IMG/VR virus record: IMGVR_UViG_3300006046_000003
Coordinates: 1-46,672 of that record
Reading direction: 5' to 3' (one strand)
DNA: 46,672 nucleotides
From: a virus
Taxonomy: Duplodnaviria; Caudoviricetes
Positions 25,313 through 34,400 of this stretch are shown piece by piece. The position numbers and the translations under genes are program-made. The notes under the pieces are model-generated. The model searched no databases. It worked only from the letters and a program-made list of their open reading frames with translations, and was not told where the DNA came from. Numbering within the stretch: position 1 is the first letter of the stretch; every line of letters begins with the position of its first letter.

Positions 25313-26916
25313 TGCCCTCTAAATTCAATAATCCGGGTGGGAAGAAACACTCTCGTTTCGCCGATCTGACTACAATATTAGCTCAGTCAAGGACTAAACT
25401 TGACTCTGCTACTTACCAAACTATTCAAGAAATTATCAATAGACTAAGTGATTTTCAAGATCATATAACTAGTATTGTCGCTGAATCGGCTCCTAATCAA
25501 TTTCCACAGACACCCTCCGAGCCTCCACCTCCTGCTAATCTAGGTCTGCCATTACACGCACCCACTCATAGTGATGGCGCGGCAGACCCAATCGACATAC
25601 GAAATTTAGCCGGATATTCTAACGATCCACTCACATTTCTACGTGGAGATCGTACATTCGGTGTACCTCCTGGTGGTAGTGGTGGTGGCGGAGGAATGAA
25701 TTTAGACTACCTAGGAAATTATGTAGGTGGTCCTGTATATAATGATGGTGATATCGTATTAGCAGCAGACGGCATATTATACATGTGCGTGGTGGATGGT
25801 ACTATCACTCCACCAGAACCTTGGCCGGGAACAGGCGTAGCAGTAAATGGAACAGCAGATGCTACTTTTTGGGTAGTTGCACCTCATTCTCAATTAACGA
25901 ATGAACGCGCACTCAACACACTCGGGACGGGATACGTTAGAAGTACAGTAGGTGAACCTAGTGTAGTTCCAACGATTCCACTGACGGATACGACTGGAAT
26001 ACTACCTGATGCTCGATTAACGAGTAACGTCGCACTGAAAAACATCAATAATAATTTCTCTGCGATACAAACTTTACCTCCCGGTTCAGGTGTAGCTGGT
26101 ACTAACGCTATATTCTACTTTAATGATCCGTCATCTCCAGTAAATCAGCGAGTTTGGAGATTAATCAATTATTCCAATGGCAATATGTACATGGAATCAT
26201 TGAGTGATACTGGTGTAAGTCAGCAATTATTCAACTTTAGAAATGACGGATATTTCATAGCAACTGGATTTGCTGGAAATGGTGCATTTCTCACGAATCT
26301 CAATGCATCTAATCTTGCAACAGGAACAGTTCCAGTTGCCAGACTTGGAACCAATACACCAACAGTAGATACATATCTTCGTGGTGACAATACATGGCAA
26401 CCCACATCAGGAGTTATTCCTGCTGGGTTGATTATGATCAGTTATCGTCCTTGTCCAGTGGGATGGGCGCGTGTCACATCATGGGATGGATTATTTCTTC
26501 GTAGCGGTCCTGTAATTGGTGTAAGTGGTGGTGCTGCTACCCATTCACATGGAGCTAGTGGATTAACAGCCGATAGTCACAATCATGGCGGTACGATAAC
26601 TACAACTGGTTCAACTAGTACTGCTGGAAATCACTTACATTCATTCAGTGGTAACGTAGCTGGTGGAACTGATCAGAACAAAGAGGGAAATATGAATGTG
26701 GATGCGGGTTCAAGTGGTGCTATGGCACGAGGTCCACATACTCATGATTTCTCGGTAAATTTCAGTGGTAATACAGCTAGTACTGGAGATCACAGTCATA
26801 CATTTAGTGGAAATGCTACCATTCCAAATAGTGGACCTGTAAATGTGAGTGGTAATGTTGCTGCTGCAAGTAGTTTACCGCCATTCGTCGATATCTTCTA
26901 TTGTGAGAAGTTATGA
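25312..26916 (+). CDS. tail fibre with HxH-repeat tip
   Basis: TFLRGD/TYLRGD and LATGTVPVARL fibre motifs, collar-like IPAGLI...CPVGW, and five HxH motifs. Confidence 0.85.
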   Translation: MPSKFNNPGGKKHSRFADLTTILAQSRTKLDSATYQTIQEIINRLSDFQDHITSIVAESAPNQFPQTPSEPPPPANLGLPLHAPTHSDGAADPIDIRNLAGYSNDPLTFLRGDRTFGVPPGGSGGGGGMNLDYLGNYVGGPVYNDGDIVLAADGILYMCVVDGTITPPEPWPGTGVAVNGTADATFWVVAPHSQLTNERALNTLGTGYVRSTVGEPSVVPTIPLTDTTGILPDARLTSNVALKNINNNFSAIQTLPPGSGVAGTNAIFYFNDPSSPVNQRVWRLINYSNGNMYMESLSDTGVSQQLFNFRNDGYFIATGFAGNGAFLTNLNASNLATGTVPVARLGTNTPTVDTYLRGDNTWQPTSGVIPAGLIMISYRPCPVGWARVTSWDGLFLRSGPVIGVSGGAATHSHGASGLTADSHNHGGTITTTGSTSTAGNHLHSFSGNVAGGTDQNKEGNMNVDAGSSGAMARGPHTHDFSVNFSGNTASTGDHSHTFSGNATIPNSGPVNVSGNVAAASSLPPFVDIFYCEKL

Positions 26917-27281
26917 TTCTGAATTTCGATGATGAAAAGGGTAAGAGACATTTTGAATTCTGTTTCGTAGGATTCGTTCTTGGTGGTAGTATGCAACAGA
27001 CCAAGGGAATGAATGTCTTACGACTTGAAGTAGCTCTATTTGAGAAATTAGAGACTGTCAGTGAATTAAAGCCATGTGGCAAGAAGATGGTGAATGGAGA
27101 GCCTGAGAGACAACTGAAGAAAGATGGACCGAAAGCAATGCAAATTACAGTACATGAATTCGATATTCTGTACAACTATATTGCTCAAGTTCCGTGGCAA
27201 ACTGGTACTCCATCACGTAATGCATTAGATACGTTGGATTGGCTGACTGCTGAAAGTAGAGATAATGCCCGGACCTCCTAA
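26913..27281 (+). CDS. hypothetical protein, possible fibre chaperone
   Basis: Lies between two fibre genes; ATGA overlap. Confidence 0.7.
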   Translation: MILNFDDEKGKRHFEFCFVGFVLGGSMQQTKGMNVLRLEVALFEKLETVSELKPCGKKMVNGEPERQLKKDGPKAMQITVHEFDILYNYIAQVPWQTGTPSRNALDTLDWLTAESRDNARTS

Positions 27282-28512
27282 TCCTGCTGAAACTGAGTGG
27301 GTTCCACTGTGGACTACTCAGAATATAGGCCCAGTAGGACCACAGGGACCACAAGGAATACAGGGTCCAATTGGTCTTACTGGCCCGCAAGGTCCGCAAG
27401 GCGTAAAAGGTGATACTGGTGCTACTGGTCCACAGGGTCCAATAGGATTAACAGGTCCACAAGGTATTCAAGGTATTAAGGGTGATAAGGGAGATACTGG
27501 AGCCACTGGTGCTACTGGTGCTACAGGATCTCAAGGCCCACAAGGTATTCAGGGTCCACAGGGACCAACAGGAGCCACGGGACCATCAGGAACTGCTGCA
27601 TTACACGCACCTACACATCGTCCGGGTGGAACAGATCCTCTAGTCAATAATGCGTGGACTGACGTATCTAACGTATTCACTCTACCACAACGTATTCAGG
27701 GTGCATTAACCGTTGCATATGCTACACCCTACATAACTATAATTGATACTGCTGAAGCTGCAAATGCTAAACAATTCTCTTTAATTAATGTCGGACAACA
27801 ATTATATATTCAAACACAAAACGATGCTGGTGTAGCTCTTGTAAACGTATTCTCAATTAGTCGTGCAGGTCATACAGAAGTATCTGGAAATCTAGCCTCT
27901 AAAGGTTTCATGTATCCGGGTAATATTTCAACTGGTGCAGTACAATATTCATTCTATTTATCTGGTCATTCAACATATGGATTATTCAGTAATGCAGGTC
28001 TTTATGCCGCAGGTGGATTATGGTCTGGTTCAAATGCCGTAGTAACTGGATATATTACAGCTACTGATGTTATAGGTTGTAAAGGATATCAATGTAAAGC
28101 TGGAATTGATGCTCCTACACCGGGAAATCTATTTAATATGTGGTGGAATGGAAATATGCAATTGTGGGTTGATACCTTCAATATAGGTAATATTTCCTTA
28201 GTATCAGACGCGCGTGTCAAACGTGATTTTACCCCGATTACGGGTAGTCTTGAGAAGATTCGACAGATGATTCCCGGATCATATCGATTCCGTCAGATTA
28301 CAGATCATCCGGCAGATCCTGATGTTCATTTCGGATTCAAAGCACAGGATATACTGCCTATAGTTCCTGAATTGGTACATAATACTCTGATGCCGACCAA
28401 GTTGACACCAGACGGATTATTGAGGATTGATTACGTCGAAATGATTCCTCTGATTGTTGATGCAATTCAGGAGATAGCACTTAAAATCAAGAAATTATCT
28501 AAGGAGAAGTAA
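27265..28512 (+). CDS. collagen-like tail fibre with C-terminal intramolecular chaperone (peptidase S74)
   Basis: Long (G-X-Y)n run; SDARVKRD...GFKAQD...PELV...[17 protein letters not shown]. Confidence 0.9.
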   Translation: MPGPPNPAETEWVPLWTTQNIGPVGPQGPQGIQGPIGLTGPQGPQGVKGDTGATGPQGPIGLTGPQGIQGIKGDKGDTGATGATGATGSQGPQGIQGPQGPTGATGPSGTAALHAPTHRPGGTDPLVNNAWTDVSNVFTLPQRIQGALTVAYATPYITIIDTAEAANAKQFSLINVGQQLYIQTQNDAGVALVNVFSISRAGHTEVSGNLASKGFMYPGNISTGAVQYSFYLSGHSTYGLFSNAGLYAAGGLWSGSNAVVTGYITATDVIGCKGYQCKAGIDAPTPGNLFNMWWNGNMQLWVDTFNIGNISLVSDARVKRDFTPITGSLEKIRQMIPGSYRFRQITDHPADPDVHFGFKAQDILPIVPELVHNTLMPTKLTPDGLLRIDYVEMIPLIVDAIQEIALKIKKLSKEK

Positions 28513-28673
28513 TGGCAGACCAGCCGCCGCAGGGAATACAAGTTACACTTGAAGAATTGTATCAGATCATCGGTGAACGGTCTGTCATGCAATTTAAGTT
28601 AGAGGCCGAAGTTAGAAAGTTACAAGAACAAAATCGGTTCTTAACTGAAGAACTCAAGAAAACGGAGAAATAA
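28512..28673 (+). CDS. small coiled-coil protein, 53 aa (not in ORF track)
   Basis: AAGGAG RBS; TAATG coupling at both ends; [22 protein letters not shown]... Confidence 0.75.
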   Translation: MADQPPQGIQVTLEELYQIIGERSVMQFKLEAEVRKLQEQNRFLTEELKKTEK

Positions 28674-29026
28674 TGGCTGTAGAAGTTTCAGTAAAACAAA
28701 TGGGACTCACACGCGACACGGCTCCGGGTGGATTCATGGAGCGTGTTCAGGCAATGTTAGCGCGTGTAGCAACTGGTGTCTTAAGTGAACCCGGTGAGAC
28801 TGGCTATCATCAGGCTCGTGCAGCATATGCACAGAGGGTGGTTCAGAATCCTCCATACGCGGCTCAACAGGCAGGGCCACAAGTCGTAATGGGTGTGAAT
28901 ATCATTGCTACTACCACCTATGATGAGGCAACTAAAGTATCAACTTGTACGGCTACTGACCCCGAATTAGAGTCACAAATCACCACTCTTTGGAACGCTT
29001 TAGGCGGTATTGACACACCGGCATAG
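28673..29026 (+). CDS. hypothetical protein
   Basis: GGAG RBS; TAATG coupling. Confidence 0.75.
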   Translation: MAVEVSVKQMGLTRDTAPGGFMERVQAMLARVATGVLSEPGETGYHQARAAYAQRVVQNPPYAAQQAGPQVVMGVNIIATTTYDEATKVSTCTATDPELESQITTLWNALGGIDTPA

Positions 29027-29034
29027 GAGGATTT

Positions 29035-30006
29035 ATGGCAGGTCTTGCACCCTCTAGTGGTTATGGTCCTAATGCTGGTAGGTCAGGATCTGACCCGCGT
29101 GGTCGTCTTCAGAATCAATCTCAATATCAGCAACAGAGATTCGAGCAGCAACAGGGACCAGTAGCTAATCAGGCTGGATATAACTATGGTCGTGGGAGCC
29201 AACAGGCTTTTCAGGACTATGGTAATATCATGAGTAAGTACAATGATTTAGCTGGTGGCGGTGGCGGCGTATCAGGTGGAAGAGTAAGTTATGATGATCC
29301 ATATGGTGAAGCATATGGTAAGTATCAGGACTTCTCTAATACTGGTGGCTATTCCGCCGATGATATGTCGAATATGCGGGCGCGTGGTATCGCACCAGTC
29401 AGAGCCGCATATGCTAATGCTGGTAGAGAAGTCAGTAGGCAGAGATCATTACAAGGTGGATATTCACCGAATGCCACTGCTGTATTGGCTAAAATGGCTC
29501 GTGAACAGGGTCAATCAGCCGCTGATGCATCTACCAATGTAGAAGCTAATTTGGCCCAAATGCGTAATCAAGGCCGTCAATTTGGCATCAGTGGAATGAA
29601 AGGTATTGGAGATCAGCGTCTGAATGCACAACTTGATGCTGGTAAATTCAATGCTAGTATGCAATTCCAAGAAGGTGCTCAGAATCAGAATGCTAGATTG
29701 AATGCCTTACAGGGGATGAATTCACTATATGGAACTACTCCGGGTATGGCTAGTACATTCGGTAATCAGGCTATTGATGCAGTGAATTCAGGTGGTAATT
29801 TTGGCTCGAATTTAATGCAAAATGAGAGAAGTGCTCAAGACTTACCCGGTCAATTTGACACCACTATGAACAGAGTAAATAGAGTAGGTAGCACAGTAGC
29901 AAGTGCTGCATATCCATTCCTTGACTATTTTGGTCAGAGACAGAAGCAAAAGTACGGTGGTGATGGTCGGTCATACGAGCCGTCGGATGTGAATGGCTGG
30001 GGCTAA
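29035..30006 (+). CDS. internal virion / DNA ejection protein
   Basis: Gly/Gln/Asn/Ala-rich; first of three progressively larger genes after the tail module. Confidence 0.7.
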   Translation: MAGLAPSSGYGPNAGRSGSDPRGRLQNQSQYQQQRFEQQQGPVANQAGYNYGRGSQQAFQDYGNIMSKYNDLAGGGGGVSGGRVSYDDPYGEAYGKYQDFSNTGGYSADDMSNMRARGIAPVRAAYANAGREVSRQRSLQGGYSPNATAVLAKMAREQGQSAADASTNVEANLAQMRNQGRQFGISGMKGIGDQRLNAQLDAGKFNASMQFQEGAQNQNARLNALQGMNSLYGTTPGMASTFGNQAIDAVNSGGNFGSNLMQNERSAQDLPGQFDTTMNRVNRVGSTVASAAYPFLDYFGQRQKQKYGGDGRSYEPSDVNGWG

Positions 30007-30008
30007 TC

Positions 30009-31472
30009 ATGGCAACTTCTCAGATCAACAAACTACGTGAAAATGAACGCGCACGGCGTATTGGAACGGCATACGCTGATGATGACTCTGCTGTAATGTC
30101 ATTAGGTGCGATTCCTCCTCCACAAACTCAAGATGATCCATATTCGGTTGGTGTTCCCAACATACCGGATGAAGATCCTAGTTTTGTACGAAACGATATT
30201 GGTGGAATTGATTCACGGATATCATCGAGTGTAGGAGATGAGCCTGCTGACAGATACAAAAAGTGGTTAGATGACTATCAGCCAGAACATCAGGCTACTG
30301 ATAGACTGAATAGTCTTGTCAGTAATCCACCTCAGAGAGAACGTCCATCACTGGGACGTACACTCGTAGCCGCAGGTATTGGCATGGGTAAAGGTGGATT
30401 ACAAGATGCACAGACAGTAATGAATGAGCCGTGGGAACGTAAGAAAGACGAGTGGACGACTCAGACGGGACCAGCTTATCAGGCGGCATCAATTGAACGT
30501 CAGACTAATGCGAACGAACGCGCATTACGTGGAAATGTTCTATCGGCTGAAGTCGCTGCTGATAGAATGGCATCCACTGAACGAATCGCTTCTGAACGCA
30601 ACGAAACTACTCGCAAACGGAATGAAGATCTGGCTCGTATTGCAGATAAAAAGAATGAACTTCTTGCAGAAAAACAGCATGGAGTTAAATACTATGAAGT
30701 AGGAAATAAACTATATGGAACCTACGAGGATGGAACCAGTTTCGATACTGGTATGGTTAATACCGACTTTTCTCCAATGGAATTAGCCAGATTGAAGCAT
30801 CAGAATACGATGGCTGAAATCGGCAAACGGACTGAGGGAGCAGTAGAAGTTAAAGAGGCCACACCGGGTGGATATGCAGGTAGATCTGCTAATAATGGTG
30901 CTGGTTCACCTAGTGGAGAAACTCCTCAAGCAACACATATTAGACAGGCTAACATCGCCCATCAACTACTTGCTGGTGATTCTGAATTAGGTGAATTCAT
31001 TAAAATAACTGGATCTAATGACTTCACTATGACTCCTCCTAAGCCGGGATGGTTTAGTAGTATAACTCCTGAAAAGCAGGCAAAGTATGCTAATGCATAT
31101 AAGGCAATTTATGGAGTTGATTTACCTACTGGATTAAGTCCATCTGCTAAGGTCGCCACTCCTCCACCTACTCCTGCTAAAACTACAGGTCTTGGGCCTA
31201 CTGTTACTCCAGAGGCTGCACCAAATCGAGTTGATGATATATCTGCTCAACGCGCACGTGCAGCTAATAGGAGTAAATTCGGACCTGATGTTGGCCCCGG
31301 ATTACCTCAGAGTGACTATGATTCACCTGTAATGGGTAGTAAGCCATTAGGAACTAAAGTTCAGCAGATGCAAAGAATTAGAGCTGCTGATATTCTACGA
31401 AATTCAGTACCACCAAAACCTGTAACTGACGCCAATATTGATGCTTTAATCGAGTCAGGATTGGTACCATAA
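30009..31472 (+). CDS. internal virion / DNA ejection protein
   Basis: Disordered and coiled-coil composition; synteny. Confidence 0.65.
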   Translation: MATSQINKLRENERARRIGTAYADDDSAVMSLGAIPPPQTQDDPYSVGVPNIPDEDPSFVRNDIGGIDSRISSSVGDEPADRYKKWLDDYQPEHQATDRLNSLVSNPPQRERPSLGRTLVAAGIGMGKGGLQDAQTVMNEPWERKKDEWTTQTGPAYQAASIERQTNANERALRGNVLSAEVAADRMASTERIASERNETTRKRNEDLARIADKKNELLAEKQHGVKYYEVGNKLYGTYEDGTSFDTGMVNTDFSPMELARLKHQNTMAEIGKRTEGAVEVKEATPGGYAGRSANNGAGSPSGETPQATHIRQANIAHQLLAGDSELGEFIKITGSNDFTMTPPKPGWFSSITPEKQAKYANAYKAIYGVDLPTGLSPSAKVATPPPTPAKTTGLGPTVTPEAAPNRVDDISAQRARAANRSKFGPDVGPGLPQSDYDSPVMGSKPLGTKVQQMQRIRAADILRNSVPPKPVTDANIDALIESGLVP

Positions 31473-34400
31473 ATGCCTCCCCAAAAGAAAACTTTAGATG
31501 ATCTTTCTTGGCTTCCAGATCAGGTAGATCCTGAAGAAGAAAAGAAGAAGAAATTAAAAGCTGTTTTAGATCAACTTCCTGATCAACATGAAGTTGCTAA
31601 ACCAGAAGAAAGATCATGGCCTGAAGCAATTACCTCTCAAGGATTGAGAATTGTTCCGGGTGTAGCTGGTGCTATTCTAGGTGGTACAGCAGGATCTATT
31701 GTTCCATTTGCTGGAACTACTGCTGGTACTGCGATAGGTGGTGCTGCCGGTGCTGCAATCGGTGAAACTGCCGGTGAAGCATTCGATAAATGGATGGGAA
31801 GACGGGATAATATTAATCCTTGGGAAATAACTACACAAGGTATCCTCGGAGCTGTTCCTATTATGGGAGAGACTCCGGGTGTAGGTGCAGGAGTTAAGGA
31901 ATTAACTAAACACGCACTACGCGCACCCATCAGAGGCGCGGCAGAAGGTGCTGTATTAGGTGGAATCGGATCAATTCCATCATCATGGGCTGAAACTGGA
32001 GAATCACCTGATTTAAGTGAATTTCTCAAAGCAAGTGCAGGAGGCGCTGCATTCGGTGCTGTAACTGGTGGTGTATTTGGTAGTCATCCTGCGATGAGAC
32101 GCGCGCGTGGATTACAGGCTATAGAGGCTGGTGCAGGTAAGACAACTACTGATCTTAATGTACCTCCTCCTCCCCCTCCACCTAATGGTGGGGCTACTGG
32201 TATACTTCCGCGTGTTCCCGCTGCGACTCCGCCACCAGCAGATAAATACGCACCTCCTACCATGACTCTCACACCGGCTAAACCGGGAGATCATGTAATT
32301 ACAGTTAATCCAGCAGATACAGGTCAGGTAGAATCATTCAGGAAACAAGGCTATGTACCTAGTAACGTAGCTACTGATGGTAGTTTTCAGATGGTTAGGC
32401 CCGGTGGTCCACCTCCTACTCCTACTGTAGCTGCGCCTAATGCACCACCTACGGCAAGCACGGGAACTGAAATTGCAGCTGTAGGTAATAGTTTTTCATA
32501 TTACCATGAAGATCCTATAATCATTCCCAGACAGCAAATGTCGGCAGCCTTGTTCCAGAAATTTAAGGAACAGGGTATCGAATTTGTGTCAGTTACTCAG
32601 GATGGAAGTAGTGTATTTAGAGATACCGGAAGAGTTCCCGAACGTGAGTCTAACTCTTTAGCTGCTCCGAATGAAGAGATGCACGATGCATCATTCTTAG
32701 GAAGACCAAAAAATGAACCTGATCGTACAATCAATTTAGATACGGGTGAAGTAACACCTATTCATCCTCCACTTGATATACACGCACAAACACGACTTCA
32801 GGATATTGGTTCAACTGATAGAACTGAAGCCTCAATGATGAGTGATCCTAACGTACCGGGATCTGGATTCGATAAGAATAAATCATTTGAGGACCAGTGG
32901 CAAGAAGCTATTAATCATGCTGAAATATTAGGAGTTAGATGGCAGGACCATACTAATTTGGAGGATCTGCAATTAGCTAATAGTAAGAGAAATACTGAAA
33001 TAATTATGAAAACTGGTAAGGATCCACTTAATCCTAGTGCAGAGGATCCTGTCAAAAAAGGCGTAGAAATGGCTCAATTAGATTATGCAATTAGAGGAGA
33101 TAAATATCTCGAACCAGAAATATGGGAACCTAAAGAGAGTGATCCCCCCGAAATTGCTGAAAAAAGAAGAGAACTGAACGATCTGAATTTTGAACAAGAA
33201 GTTCTTCTATTTGAAGAAAAACCGGGTGCTGAAGGTCCAGTATTATCTCCTGAAAAGATAGATAGATATAATCAACTGCATCAGGAATTGACTGAATTTG
33301 ATGAGTACGGACCTACTCGTGGATTAGCATCTATGGAGCGACCTACAGGTGAGGAAGAATTACCTGATAGGACTCAAGCCTCCATAATGGAACGACCTGA
33401 ACACGGAAATCCGCGTGTAATTGATCTATTTCGTAAAGGATTGAAACCCACCCAAAATACCCGTTTGGCACGTTTCATTTTACCAGATGGAACACTATTA
33501 GAAGGTATACATCCGGGTGCTGTTCATGCTCGATCAGCAGAAGCAGTAGGTTCAAATCTTGAGGAAGCACTGAGATCTGGTGTTGTTAGATTCTCAGGAG
33601 CTGGTATTGAAACTCATGGTCGTATTACATATGAGCAGGCCGATGCTGCAATATATGCAATGCAGACTGAAGGGATGACAGACGTATTCATCGATGGACG
33701 ATTTCCTGATGGTACGACATTCTGGGAACCCATTGACCTAAATAGAGCTACTCCAGAACGTGTAATGAATCTGGTAAATAAGCAGTTTGATCTCTTTGAA
33801 CGGGGTGGATCTGAACCATCATTTATGTCACGTTGGTCAGGTAAGAGTGATGATGAATTTGTACGAATGGAATTAGGCGATCGTGTTCAGATGTTGCGTA
33901 ATATGCAAGGTCAATACGCAAATGTAGGCGCGCGTGTAGCCAATAAGGAATTACTTCAGAATGCTATCGATGCTACTGTAACAGGTGGTAAAGTTAGTGT
34001 TCATATAAATTACGATACAACTGGTAAAGGGCCAAGTCTTACAGTTACTGATCAGGGTCCAGGTTTACCACTGGATATGCTCAGAAATGAGTATACTAAG
34101 TTAACCGGATCTGGTAAACGTGGTGTTGGTGCTGCATCTGGTCGTAAATCTATTGGTGAAATGGGTGTAGGTAAGGCTACTTATCTATTAGGTACCGATG
34201 CATTTTATGTTGAAACAGTAACTAAAGAACCAGATGGAAGTGTTTGGAAATATGAGTTAGAAGGTACACCTGATGCCATGATCGGTGAAGATGTTCATGG
34301 AAATCCAGTCGATCCTGTTAAAATTAATAAAACACGAATGCCAAATGATGCTCAAACTGGCACATCGGTAACTATTTACGATAAGAAAGTGGGTAATCTA

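Noticed and set aside
25312-28512. Diversity-generating retroelement or invertible tail-fibre cassette
   Set aside because: No reverse transcriptase, invertase, TR/VR pair or flanking inverted repeats were seen.
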